Counted from the stretch's first letter, positions 13,277-28,152 are shown. The stretch: 64,000 nucleotides of DNA from Bugula neritina (GCA_964035545.1 OZ037765.1:28519504-28583503); one strand, 5' to 3'. Notes: generated by a model not told the origin, from the letters alone. Made by a program: numbers and translations.

Positions 13277-14923
13277 TTTTCTAAAAGAAGATTATATGCA
13301 ATATTTTCATTTAAATAACTCTAAGAACATGTATTACCTTTAGCTACATAGAAACAGTGTAATAGCACTCAACAATAATTATACAAAAAGCACCAGGCTA
13401 TATACTTAGGAGCACATTTCAAATGTCTGATAGCATGTTGATACAACATTCTTAGTTAATATTTTGCCACACACACTTATATCTACTAATATTTACTTTT
13501 CCATAGTGTAAATAATGTAAATCATATACAGACGTAATTGCTCAAGTGTGTTGAAATGATATATGCAAAAATAAACTGAATAAATAAAACAGTCCATTGT
13601 AATAAATTAACATACTTAGAAAGTTTAAATCAGAAACTAATGTTTATTTCTCATACTGATTGGTTTGACTGATCTGATTGATAAGTTATTGATTTCAATA
13701 TCAATAATTATCACTATACACGTGTCAAAAATTTGTGAATATACACATAAATTACAGTTGATAACCTTTTACAATATAAATAGTCAGTCATTTCATTGAT
13801 AGCTACTGATGCTGATGGAGTTTTAACGGTAACTAGAAGAAATAAGGGTCAACAATTTATAGGTTAAGACAACTCCAATATATTTCAGTTTAATAATTTG
13901 ATTAGCAACTCTAGCTTGGTTACCCATGTAAATGAATATAAGAGTATTATAATCCTCTGTTTTATATGTTTGAAGACATATATAGAAATTTATGGCCAAT
14001 TTGAATTTAGTAAACTATTAAAAGGCCCAACAGGTTCAATTTTAACTTTAAATTTAAATTTAAGCATGAAACAGAATCTAAATTTAACATTGACATTATT
14101 GCTGTCTTTATAATGGTGTTTTTTTCATGTTCAAATGCTTTAGAAAGTATATTAGACAAATTGGGTCATGGCGATTGGGTTATGCGATGAAGCTTATATG
14201 CTCATTACTCTGTTGTAGGAGCATATGCTGCTTTGGCTCCAAATGAACCTGCTGCTGTCAACGGTTATTTGACTATTAATGCGTATTAACATACACACTA
14301 CAAGATTTAATAATTTAATTATATTCTACAACTCTACTGTGTAGTAAAACTAATAATCTTGTATATTAGACCATTCACTTTTAGTAATGAATTCTTTGAA
14401 ACATTATGCAATGAATTGAGCTTAGGTTTAAAGAATCTTTAGAGAATAAATACCAAGAGTATTAGAAAAGAACAATGTTGCCTTTTAGTTGATAAAAGCT
14501 GCCTTAATCAAATATGCATTCAAAAGGAATGCTGCTTTGCTTCAATTCTTATCAAGGGTCATAATTAGCTGACACTTGAACAGCGCCCCAACAAACAGTT
14601 AGCACACAAGCATAACGCGCAGCAGCGTAGGTGGATAGAGTCAGTCGTCAACTAATTGTGACTATCATGAGATATATTTATGGTGGGGGAGTGGATAACT
14701 AGCGGTGAAACAGATATATTCTATGTGTGAGGAACATGCTAGGTAAGTGGTAGATCTGTAGCAGCACAAGTTGATGTTAGAGAGATATCATGCAAAATAT
14801 TTACTGGACAATAATAGTTTGAACAGTTTTTGTTTTTGTATATACATCTCATTTGAAGAATTCTAAAATTAAAAGTACGAGTTCTGTAAGTTAGCAGCTT
14901 TTGAATGCGTTTTATTTAGAACC

Positions 14924-17900
14924 ATGATGAGTGAACTAACAAACGGCAATATCCCTCAACCAACACCTACACCAGTACCTGTGGCCAGTCAAAGTTTAAC
15001 CAATGGAAACATAAATGGCTTTGACAGTGCAGCAGATAAGGCACCAGCTGCTAAGATTGTCCGGTGGACAGAAGCAGACAAGGAAATACAGAAAACTAGC
15101 GCTGCTATTGGTATGTGTGTACATGCTGCCTACATCTTTGTTTCATGACTATATCTACTGTAGTAATTTCATACTTGCTGAGATTATTCAAGCAAAACAA
15201 TATATTTCTTCCTTTTTTATGCTAAACTGCATCATGCATGTACATTCAGTCATTACTACTTGTGTTTCTTAACCAAATAGTAATGACATACATACAGGTA
15301 TACCAAGTTACCTGTATACGATGTATGCAATCGTATAAAATTAGTAGCCACATTGTACAACATAGCTCACAACATCTTGCTGTAGTCCTGCATGGATACA
15401 ATCCAACATAGCTTGGAATACTATATAGTAATATTGTTATGTACATGTTATATAATAATCATTAATGCAAAGTGATATGATCAAAAAGTAATTGATTAGC
15501 TTCAAGTTTGTTAGAGATAAAATAGTTTCGTTCATATCAATAAAATATATTGTCCTACAGATTTTAAATACATGTATGTTGAAAATTAACCCAAAAATAA
15601 AATTTATAAGTGGGTGAAAATGGTTCACAGTAACTTAAAACATTATTGCGATTGTGAACTTGATATGAACATTATTATTAGATCATTAGCATAATTTTTA
15701 ACTATCAGTTTCATGCATTTTGACCATGTCTAGGAAGTGTGTGCTGTTATATAGATTTAGCGAAACTTCTAAAATTCCCTTTTGGCATATTGGTGAAGAG
15801 CTGACTCTTTTTTCAAAGCTTAGAGGCTAGTTTCCCATACAAGGCAACATTCTACAAAATAATATATTATTTTCGATCATGCAAAAGATGCAGTAAGCAT
15901 TCTTTACGTTATAATTTTATGTTATGTTTTCTTGGGGTAACTTTTACCACCTTGGTGGGCTTTTATAATCATGCCTTTGTTTGTAAGAATGTAGTATGGT
16001 TGTGTTTGAGAAAGGGAGGGGGAGAGAGGTGTTCGAACATTAAGCAGGCTAAATAGGTAGAAACATGCATACAGTATTATATATATGATGAGGTTGTAAA
16101 CTAGAGAATATATGTATCTGATAGAAAGGCGTAAAGATGCTTAATAGCAAAATGCCATGCATTTTCCTAATAAAATAATATTGGAAAAGACCTACTCTTT
16201 ATACCATAAGGACAAACACACTTCATTTTATTTTAAAAATATAATTTATTTTGCATCATTATTATAACGTTCAAAACAAAGACTTAATTTGTGGTATAAG
16301 TGAGCCTACATTTTATAATAGACTAATAGTGTATTGTTTGTACACACAAAGTTATGTTGAAACTCTAAAAATCGATTTATTAGTTGAAATGATTACATCA
16401 AGTAGGCTTATAGGTTATGATTATAATTTGTCACGAAGTTTAGAGTCATCAAGTTAACAGATAAACAATCTTTAATATTCAAACTGAACTGAGCTGGTTA
16501 AAGCTATCATTCAACAGATGTGTAGTGTTGACAAGTTTGGCTTGCACTGTTCTCAAATGTTTACAACAAGCAAGTGAAAGAAAAGCTATTTCATTGAGTA
16601 TCTTGGAAAGTATTTCACCTTTAAATAGTCACAAACATGATTAGATTGTAAATATATAATCTCGTTGTGTCAGGGCTAAGCACTGGAGCACCTATAACTA
16701 ATGGATATAATACCACAAGCAAGCAAATGGATTTATCTGGAATGAAATTTATATCCCTAGCTTCCCCATTGAATAGCAGTATGATTCAAAAAAGTGCTAC
16801 TGTACTGTGTCCAGATGGCAAAGAAGACAGCAACACCAAGAGCATAGGTAAGTAGATACACATTGTATAGCGTAGGTAAGTAAACATTATTGCATAGGTC
16901 AGTAAGCATTATGGCATAGGTAAGTAAATATTGTAGTCTATAAATCTAAATAGTCGTTTTTCTAGTTTTAGAACTTCAAATTATTGAACGCTTAAGCTTT
17001 TTTCAATTGCATCACCCTGAAAATGGCACAAAAAATGTATGCGCGAAACAAATTTGTAGGTGATTCCTTTTAAATAAACGCCATAGTCAATTCAACCTAT
17101 ATGTTATAGTGTTCAGCCCGATTTTCCTACAAAAATCTTGAGCACTGTTTAATGATGTGTGTGTGTGGTGTGCGTGTATAAGAAGAATTCTGTAAACAAA
17201 GATATAGTTATATAGTTAATAGTACATGCAATTAAGCTACACATTGCTGTGAAAAAACCCTAATATCAGTTTTTACAAATTATTTGCTTTTTTTGATATA
17301 TAGAATTTGCCAAAATTGTCCTGGTGAGCATTTCATTGCACTGTTTAAGGTAAAAAATATGTTTAATATGAATTATAGTTGAACTTGTTTTCTGATCAGC
17401 TCACGTATGCTTATTCTGTACTAGCTTTATGTAGTCAATACACTAAATAAGAATAAAGTTGTACAATTGTAATAGTTTCAAGATTCCACACTCAGTGTAT
17501 AAGTGCTACTTATAACATCAAGCTACACCTAAACACAAGAACCATTAGCAGCTTTTAATAGTTCATTTACACTTGATACAGAAATCTGGAGACTAAGAGT
17601 TATAAGAAAGCATAAGATTTCTTCTCAGTGATCTGTTTGCAAGATCTGTATACTAATTTTTACTCTCGCATAATTGCGACACAAATTTATGTACACAGAG
17701 CTGTTAGTTCGAAAATTTACTTTTGCAATCATAAGTTGGGCTAGACTCAAGAGCATGAAAAAGTCAAGTTGACGACATCGTATAATAGCAAAACAATCCA
17801 CTTTCCACCTCTAGGGTTGGCATTAGGATGACAACTACAAAAGGTTTCAAAGTTACATAGTTTCAGCTGGAGTAAACACAGAAAAAGGCTTTAACACCAA

Positions 17901-20900
17901 CACTAGCAAAGTAACATGCTAGATAACATGTGTGTATAGGTATAATAGTATGAGTGTAGACATGGTAATATTAATTGTATACACAAATAAATTGCAAGTT
18001 ATGCTAATATATTATTATGTTTGAACTAGAAGTGTGTTGATACCAAGAAGATAACTAATAATTATACAAATAAAAGTATCTAAAACTATTTGGCATGATG
18101 TGTATACGATATGTAAGTGTCTATATGTACATACACTATAATCATGGTTATATATGTATATGAAAGTTGCTTAGAATAACACCTTACGGTGTGATTCAAT
18201 AGAGTGGGTATACAGCATTTTCATTTGGACTAAAACTAGCTAGTTAGTTTGAATTGATATATTGTACATGTATAGAGGTTTTCAAAATTAAAAGCTGTTT
18301 GCATAGACTACAATGCCTCACTTATATGCTGTTGATCTGAAAGAAAAGGGTGTTGGTTTGCATATTAATTCGTGTTAAAGTAGTTAGTAGAGTATTTATT
18401 ACTCACTGCTCTCGCTTTCAAACATCTAATTTATTGCATGCAGTAAGCTCTCCCTATGTAATGTTTATTAATAAACAAAGCTCATTGTATTCCGTTGATA
18501 TTGTTTTTGAATAAAATCTTCATTCAGTTACTTCAATAAAGCTTGAAACAATTACGTCCGTGAAAAGATTGCATGCTTAGCTAACCTTAATATCATCATG
18601 AATAGTGTTTGCTAACTACGCTTGAGGTTTGCAGAATAATCACTATTTATTAGCTAATAATGATCACATGCAGTTCAAATTATATACATATAATGTGCTT
18701 CAATTGAAATGAGTTAACTTAGAGTTGTCTTCTCATTGTTGAAGTGATTCCATTACATATTATAATGATTGCTTAACGTAACAATATAAGCTTAAAGGAT
18801 TGCTCTATCTTGTCTAATAAATGGCCATTTAGGTCAAACACACATAATATTGTGTTTTTCTAAGCATGCATTGACAAAAAGCATTTGACCAAAGGTAGAA
18901 AAAGTTAGTTGAAGTTGAGGGTGTAGATTGGTAACAGCCAAAACGCCGATTTTGAAATGAGCTGGGAAGTGTGACGTAACAGCGCCAGCATTCCTGCTGG
19001 TCACGTGACTATACAAATGAATAACTATAGAAATATGGCTGTGAGATGTAATCTTTTAGCTTGCAATTTGTATATTTATAGAAGTGCAAATGTGAATTAT
19101 CTCAATCTATAGTTTTTTGACATTTTAAATTACATGTACGTGATAACATTAGGCTATATTTTGCTTGTAAACATAGAAAAAAGCCTTGCAAAAACATGCA
19201 TTCTTTAGGATGAATGCCTGCGATCGATCTAAACTAAGTCAGATTGTGCAATATTACTGGCGCACCAAAGCTGACCTATATAGCGCACTGTAACTGCTTG
19301 AGCGTAATTGGTTGATGTTGTGCCCAGCAACCTTGAATACTAGCGTTATAGTTAGCACGTGCAGCATAGTTACTGGCGTTCACACGTCACGTATTAGGCT
19401 ATTCTTTTTCATGGCTGAAAATTTTACCTCCCTCAAAATCGGAATTTTGAAAAGCTGTTTTCTAGGCATATATCCCTTTGCAAAGCCACAATTGTTTGCA
19501 TACACATTAGATTATAGTTCATAATTATAATGTGATTGTAATAAACTAAGATTGAGCAATCCTTTAAGAAAATCTTTAAATATTTAAATCATGTAGGCCT
19601 ACTCACAAAATCTTCAAGTTTGAAAGATTTCGTGTACATCAATGCAATATAATATTATACACTTATATATATTTTAACTCATAATTATTTTCAACTGCCG
19701 GTATTATTAGTTTATCTCAGACATATTACTAGACTGTATGGTATAGAGTGTATATACATGTGCGCATATAACACAGGTGTTTGGAAGTGCACTATAATAG
19801 AATACTTCAAATATAATATATTACACATTCCAACTAGCTGCATTTGATCTCGGTCTCTCCATTATACTGCAGCAACTAATGCACAGTATGTCATTATATG
19901 TAGAATATTCAATTTTGCAGAGATCAATGTGTGTTCAGTGACTGTCTACATTTCTTTTCACTTTTTCTGCGGAAAGCTACAGCAGTTGCAATATTTCATA
20001 AATTTATGTGCTTTTCATTAGCTTTAATTTATAAATACTGCACTCTAATAACTACAAGTTAAAGAGTGATTATAGCTGCAAGATTAATCAGTTTCCTTGT
20101 GGCCTATGTCAAAATAGTGTGCTCTGGTAATAATAATGTCGTTTTATGAAAACTGGCTTAGCAGCCTCATTATTGTTTTGGTTCTGCATTTATAATATAA
20201 TATTCATTGCTAAAATAATCTGTCAATTATTTTCACTTTATCCATCACGAAATAAAAAATTCAGATTTCAGCCTTTAGATTTGATTACAGTTCAGCTGAT
20301 TGATTGTAAATAATACTATTGTGATTATGTATGTGCGCTTTTAGAAATTATCTTCTCTTTTATTTGCAAAGTACTTTTGTTAGTTTGAAAATAATGGTAA
20401 TAACTTCGCAAAAGCTTAAAATTGTAAATTTAAGGTAAAAATGCATGAAAAACAACTACGGAGACAGTTTTGACAGGATTAGCAAACTGTTTGCCCATTA
20501 GCTACGAGTATATGCAGCATATTTTATTATATGGGCATTTGTAAAAAGTTGGTAGCTTCAAACATTGTCAATATAGCTTAGATACAATGTAGAACTTTCA
20601 ACATTAAATCTACATTGAATAAGGCACCAGTCATAACACTAGTTGATAATGCTAGCCCATACAGTAGCAACAAAGTCATATATAATATGTTTTACAGCCA
20701 TCTATAGAAATACTCAACACAAATGTTATTATTGCTGATTTTACTCTGTGATAGCTTTGTACAGTATATAACAACTAGTGTGCAGCTACTTTATTCAATA
20801 TCAGAAAAAATCAACATGTATTGAATACAATTATAAACCCACCTGATGCTGATTCACAAAAAAGCACAAAAGCTGAAATTGTTCACTCTAGGATTTTTTA

Positions 20901-22625
20901 CTTTATGTATCTCAGTTTAACATTTGTTTTTAAATAAAAATTAACAAAAACAATTATTCTAATTTTCTAAGAAATGAATTATGGTTATATATACAAATAT
21001 TTTACTTTTCAGTGCTGCAGAGTAGACTTCCTATACGTGCAACATTGCATAAACAAAAACAGATTCCTGGCAGATTTTTTCCTTCACCATCTTACACAGA
21101 ATTCCAAAGAGACGTCTTGGAAAGCCGACCAACACCCAGACGAATTATAAAAAAGGTACAGCATAACATATTTTATAATATTATATTTAGTACAAAAACA
21201 TAACGTCTGAATTTGTCTCAAAAAACATCAGCAGCAAATTATATATTTTTAGGACGCTATAGCCAACATATAGGAGTCACCTAAACTATAATGCAGCAAA
21301 ATACACTACATGCAATTATATTACATTATAACAGCTTTTAAATTACTGTGTATTTTGTATTGTAATTTCTATTTAGTAATGTTATCATTTACAACACATA
21401 TAAATTATGATATACGTAAGTTTTAGTATATTAACAATTATGGAACGCTATAAAGCTATATTTCGTTCAAAATTTGACAAGTCAAGCCTCTGTATATAAT
21501 TACGGAGTGTGTGTCACAATGCTAGCAGCAGGGAAATAACATATATAACTTGAAAAATGGTTGAAATTTGCTTTGCAACGTATTACACAGTATTGTTGCT
21601 TTAAAGTAGTCTATGGACACATATATGACAGTTATAGCAGTTTGTTCAAATTAGTAATTACTATTAACTTTATTTAAAAGAAGTAGGTTGATGTAGTAGA
21701 GTTATATACCAAGAATAATGTGACCTAAATTGGTGCAGAAGATACATGTATATAGGCTGGTCTGACTGAATGGCAATATTAATATAAATATAACAAGGAA
21801 CAGATAAGTAGTTCAATGATTGTTAAAGTTGCTGCTATCAATCTTTTTCTGCATTCTTAGTCCCCGTACACTAGAATCTAAACCCTAAAGTTTTGCTTCA
21901 GTATAATCTTAACTAGTCTCAAAATTTAAATGCATAAATATATACAGCTGTCTTTGTATGGAATCATGAACTTGTCTGTTTTGTCATACTGTACCACACT
22001 TCACTACAGAGCTGAATGTCTGGGTGACACATGTAAACTCTGCATGTATGTCTCCATTTTCTTTTCTTCTCTTGCTGATTATTTGTAGATATAATTAGTT
22101 TCATTAAGAAATTATAATTCAATAAAGAATTATGAGGAAGTAATTTCCAATTACCTCTGACATGTATTATACTAATGCTGTGTACAAAAATGAATATATT
22201 AGTGTTCTTTGCAGTCACATGCATACATTATTTTTAGTAAATTGATATATTAATCATAATTTATATTTGAAACTTTATTTTAATTTTAGTTTAAGCCAAA
22301 GAATGGTGCTGATAACTCCCAGCTTTTCCCTACTGGGAGTCCAGTGAAACCACGAACAGCTAACGACAGATCGACGTGGGTAGCAAATCATGTATATAGC
22401 AGAGGGTCCCAGGGAGTTGGTAACACTGATCGGGGTCTCATATTAGCCCCTGACATTGATGCTAGTTTAAATTCGGCTAGACAATACAGCATTCCAGCAA
22501 CAACAAGTTTCCACGATGGAAACAATGACACTTTTATTACGGGCTCAAGCAAAATGCTTCACTCTAAAGACTCAGTTTCGTCTACTGACGTTCAGCAAAA
22601 CAGAACTGTACAAATGCCTCGTTAG
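14924..22625 (+). CDS. Uncharacterised ~280-aa low-complexity protein with an RVxF-like (KIVRW) and an SxIP-like (SRLP) motif
   Basis: Exons 14924-15110, 16674-16847, 21013-21155, 22290-22625 join in phases 1,1,0. Probable upstream non-coding exon ending ~14742 (AG|GTAAGT); AATAAA near 22814. Extra exons in 17-21 kb cannot be excluded. Confidence 0.65.
16841..16935 (+). repeat. ~22-bp tandem repeat of the exon/intron boundary (GCATAG|GTAAGT...)
   Basis: Four units with donor GT at 16848, 16876, 16898 and 16920. Confidence 0.75.
18970..19010. promoter_or_regulatory. Putative intronic promoter/enhancer: CRE-like GTGACGTA and palindromic E-box/CLEAR GTCACGTGAC
   Basis: GTGACGTA at 18971-18978 and GTCACGTGAC at 19000-19009, inside a locally CpG-containing patch. 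Confidence 0.35.
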
Positions 22626-23112
22626 CTTAGCAGTGCAAAAACCTACATACTGCTATGCAATGTTCTTTTTATAAAAAGGATTAGCAAAATAGAAAACATT
22701 TTTTGAGCCAAGAAATCTTTTGTATCATAAATAATATGTTTATAGGCTACATTGGTATTTGAACTTCAACATTGAATCATGATGTTATGCATGTTTTTGT
22801 AAAGAGTGCTTGCAATAAAACCATTGCTATTTTCTCTCTATTTTATGTGTTTTGTACCCACAAACAAGCAACTTGTTTAATTCATTAAGCTGATTAAGCA
22901 TGTTTATATTGTGAAAGAAATTTGACCATGATTTTAATCAATTCTATAAACTGTATTAATTTTAAAATATGATATACAATGAAACTGTGACATATATAAA
23001 AACAATTTGTATTTAAATTAATCATTGATAAACAAAAAATATCTTAACAACATGAACCAATACTGAAATGGTAAAATTAATTATAATCTCGTAGGTCGTG
23101 AATCTGCTGCCG

Positions 23113-24079
23113 TTATAAGCTGCCAGTGTCACTGCAGCCTGACTCTGAACAGCTGTCACTAAAGTCAGCAACTGAATCTTGCGACTGATAACATTCTTCA
23201 ATGTCTGAACTATTATTACACTCCAAGCCTGCTTGTTTCCTCCATTTTATTCTACGGTTTTGAAACCAAACTTTAACTTGAGCCTCACTAAGACGAAGTT
23301 TGGAAGCTAAGTAGTATCGTTCTGAGCCAACCATATACTGTTGCTTCTCAAAGATTCTTTCTAATTGTTCAAGTTGCTCGGGAGTAAAAATTGTCCGCAC
23401 TCTTTTGTTTCTGCACTGCCTTCTGATGCCTATCAACAGGAAAAAGTCAATAAATAAAACATGACACACCAAGCTATTATTCATGCTATAGAAGATTGTA
23501 TAGAGATACTTTATTGTCTATGGAATGTCATGTTGAACACTGATGCCGTAGTGGGGGTCTCATTAATATCAAAAATCGATATCTGTCAGTTGACTAGGTA
23601 TTGTTATAATCCAATCAACTATTATTAATTATCTATTATGATAATTAGTTTGCCTCATTAACCATGGGAGCGTTATTGGAAGACCCCCACCAAGCCCAGC
23701 CCTGTTTGTTTAGAAAAAACATTTCATTAACAACTGATTAACGAAATAACAAATACTAGCCAAAAGCATGAAAAATTAGTGTTGAAAAAAATTATAGAGT
23801 AAAATTATATTTACCTGATTGCTCGACAGAAAAAGGCTGCACTGCAGGATAATATGGATGGCTAGCCATTCTTCTGATGTCTTTATCTGACTCTGTTTTG
23901 TCATCTGAAAGAATGTCAGCGATGTTAAAACTTTTCTTTTTCGGCTGTACTGGTGGAGTGGAGAGAGAACTGCGGTTGTATAACTGTTCCATCCACACAC
24001 TGTTGAGTACAGGCAGCTGAGGCAGCTGCAGCAGTTGCCAACCAGTCATCAGCGGTGGATTAAAAATAGCTGTTTGCAT
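23113..24079 (-). CDS. not: Not/notochord-family homeobox protein
   Basis: Exons 24079-23815 and 23429-23113 (phase 1). Homeodomain KRVRTIFTPEQLEQLERIFEKQQYMVGSERYYLASKLRLSEAQVKVWFQNRRIKWRKQ, where QQYMVG and RRIKWRK are typical of Not. N-terminal eh1 motif FNIADIL. Confidence 0.93.
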
Positions 24080-27000
24080 TTTGTAAAACTACAAATACTT
24101 TGTTACTATTCAATAGATTTCAAAACCAGTTGAAGGAGAGATGCTGAATATCTACTATGACAGATCAACACAGATTTTATAGAGCTGCTATCAAGGATGT
24201 CGAATCTTATTGGTTTACACTCGGGCAGAGTACATTGTGATTGGATGTGAATGATGCCGCATGAGGTTATTAAAGATATTGATTTCCTGCAATTAGTTGA
24301 CACAACCAAGATAACTTTTTGTAATTGATCATCGCCCTCCTGCAAAGTTATTTCAATAAAACTGAGACCTACTCTTTATAGCAAATATAATACATTGATT
24401 AATAACTAATGAGTTTGGGACCTCGTGTCCACTGATTACACGACTCTGCCTGCCTGAAACTATGTATATCTGGTATGCATACCTTTTGCCTGCAGTTGTG
24501 GAAATCTATATAATGTTTATAATAATAACCTATTATCTGACGGAATTTACAAGGCATTGCAGCAATTTTGGTGTGGGAGAAGATTACTTTGATTTTTACC
24601 ATTCACCATTGTTTTTGTGAACTAGAAATCTGCAATGCAATAAATGAACTGAAAAAAATGATCTTCTATAAACTAGTGAGAAAAGAAACTCGACTACCTA
24701 AAACATAATGATTAAAGTTTATAAAGTTTATTTTCTAGTCTAATGGGCAAATAGAGACTGCGTCTTTATTTGTATTTTTCATTGTTTTCTGTTAATGGTG
24801 TAAACAGAAAAAAAATTTTCATTTATTTTGTTTTAATTTCATCAAAAAGTCTAATAAGAAAACAGAAAAAATATGGAGTGTCACTCAAAAGAAGATAATG
24901 ATAATAGGGCCCATTTGTTCCCCAATAGCAAAGTTAGTGGATGTCAGATGAATCATCTTATAGAACTATAAAACATACACACATCTTATGTAATGGAGTA
25001 AGGGGGGGGGGGGGGGATACATCTCCTGACAACAGCTAAATATCCAATGCATTTTCCACTAACTCATAAAAGATGGTTTGGAAATTAAATATGTATACAT
25101 ATCTGTTTAAGATGATGCTAACCCATTCATTACTGTTAGCATGTTTAATCTCTCTCAATTCTGTTGATTAGCTGAATAATACTAACTATAGTACAAGAAT
25201 TAAAACAGATAAACATATAAAGTTTAAAAAACAAAACTACTAAAAGCTATAATTAACAGCTAGTATGAATTAATAATGATATATCCAGCCATGCAATATG
25301 TAAATTATGTATATATAGATATCAAAAGACGAATTTTATTGGCTATACATTCATTTCAAGTGAACATAACTATCTAATATTAGATAATAGATAAATCAGT
25401 GAAACCCATTAGTGTAACAAAACAAATAGGTTATAAACAGAAAAAAATTCTTATTCTTCTGGTAAACAAGCTAAAAATAACTCCCGAAACAAAAGCAATG
25501 GTTCAGTGCAGACAGTGTCAAGATATAAAAACATAATAAAATGTATAAATATATCTCAAAGTATACTGAACATGCTATAATCATTACAACGCACAGTCGA
25601 TAAAAACAATTACAAATACATTGGGATAATAGGTGTTGACACACTATCTTATTGTTTAACAGCGTCACTGCCCTTAGCACTCGTGTCGGCAGATCTAATT
25701 TCTTTGTTTGATTGGCTAAAGAGTACCAAGACAGATATAGATAAACAAGCTTCTTATTATCTGTAATGAAAATAGCTTAATTACGTGTGGATGGTCCAAT
25801 TGCAAATTACATCACCTCCCACTACGCTCATTAGCTGCCGCTGACAACAAACTAATCAATAACGATGCCAATGATATACAAACAAGCAATCAATCTGACA
25901 TTACTTAAATGCTGCTAATTATTCCACATGAATTGTTACACAGAAGCATTAATTAAAACATAGAAGCGAAGGTCATTGTGTCAGTGATCTTCGCAGTGCG
26001 CTGCCTCTGGTTGTTTATCAGCAGCGTAATTTCTAGGGCTGCCACACTCTCCAACTCTTCAACTCTATATTATAATTATGTATCATTATAATTTAAAATA
26101 TTATTCTTAATTAAAAGTAATCTCTAGTGAAAATGTTTTGACAATAATGAACTATTTCTTTTAATTTTTCCAGAAAACTGACCTCCCAGCAGCCTATTTA
26201 TTTAGCTAGTTGGCCAATCCCACTCTTAAAATCTAAATTGATAAGAATTAAAGTAAAACATGCCAAGTGTGGAGAAGAAATGGGTCATTAGTAAAATAAA
26301 GCAAAATTCACATACCTAATCACAATAAGAATAATTATATTATAGAGTCAATTTACTAGCTGAACAGCAGAAAATTCTTGTAGAATATTTATTACTATAT
26401 TATTACCTATCGATATAATACCTTCTGAAACCTGTATTAAATTGGTTAGACCAATAGTGAACATCACTGCGTTCTTATAGATCTGAATAGACCTGTGCAT
26501 CGAATAAAAAATCCAATCGCATAATTCAAAGTATGGAAATGCAGTTAATAAATATTTGGCGATAGAGATAAATAGAGGAATTCGGATCTACACACAAATC
26601 CAATTAATGATTTTTTTTGGCATTTCCAAACTCTGCTGTCTCTACGGATGAAAGAAGACTCTCTTGCAAATACTCAGACATGGATTAGAAACAGAAACTG
26701 AAGACCTTTTATGGTATGAGTACCGCAAAACTAAGAGGGAGTTTCTAAGAGCCGTAGAGAATGCTCTGGAATTGGTGAGAAAAACTATTTGATAGCTAAC
26801 TACTTATTCAGCCTGCTAGTTAGCTGACCTGACTGCTGTATCCTAATAAATGAAAAAGATGCCACAAGACCTTAGCCAGTGAACTAGAACATTCTCTATC
26901 TCACTTAAATGAAATTGATGCCATAACGGATATGTTTGAGATGGTAATAATCAATTATTTTATAATTAAAATGCTAAAATCATTTCTCTGTAGAATCAAA

Positions 27001-28152
27001 GGAATAGAAATCTTATTTCCCTGTAATGCTCAAGGGCATGCCTGGGGGTGATTAGCTCTCTGTTTTGTAATATATATAACCACCGAAGCATAAAATTAGT
27101 AAAACTTATGCCTTCAGGCAAAAAAGAAAAGCAAAGGTTTTAATTATTTACGCATACCCATAGCCGGAGGCTAAGTATAATTCTTACCTTGGGTCCAATA
27201 TTAAATATAGGACTTGATACCATAAAACTATCCTAGTATTAATTTGTAAAGGGAAGCGTGTCAGAAAAACATCTCTGCAATCTACATGCGAATGTATTTT
27301 TATGATGCTTTACTCAAGCAATAACCATAAGATATTTTAATAGGAATTGATATTACTAGCAGTTCCTTTTATTTCTGACGTTAAAAACTAGCATTTGAAG
27401 CAAATTGAGAAAGAGAAAATATGATTGTTATCTTAATACTGTATTTTAATATGTCTAGACTTGAACAAAACTATAAATTCACTGGGAGGTGAAGCCATAA
27501 ACAATAAAATCGTTACAGTTAATTAGTTCCGATTGTTTTGCCTCTATTTATTTACAAGCTTCAAGGAGGTCTCTGGCCTATCTACGTCTATTGGCTATTA
27601 TAGAAAGAATAATAGCAAAGAAGGGGCATGTCATCATTATCTGCCAAAATATGCGTGTGTCAACTGACAAGATGTAACAATGATTATGCAGAGTGTTATG
27701 GTGATTAAATAAATTTGCATACCAAGAGTGTGGCATTCTTTTAATTCAGGTGCAGAAAACATTTTGTATATACACTTTAGTTTTTCAAGAAATTGTAAAT
27801 TGGCTATCTTTTGCATAAGTGTTGTTTACAATCTAATATTTTTAACATGGGTTTACTGTTTACAACCAAACAGCACAATTCCACTTTGAAACCGAAAAAA
27901 TGAATACAGCCAGTATTTTATATTATATTACATTAAAAGTAAAGGCATGATCACTGCAATCAACTACATGTATATAATATATAAACATACACACTCAATT
28001 GTTGCTCAAAATATGAAAATATATACAATTAGTAAAAGAGATACAAAAACAAAAAATTTAGAATGAAACAAATAGGAGTATACTTGATAGCCTATTATAT
28101 GCATTATTTACCAAATAGGAGTGTCTATAGCCTATAGGCTCTACTCAAGACT

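Noticed and set aside
16841-16935. CRISPR-like repeat array
   Set aside because: Contiguous degenerate repeats without unique spacers, in a eukaryotic intron, with no cas genes.
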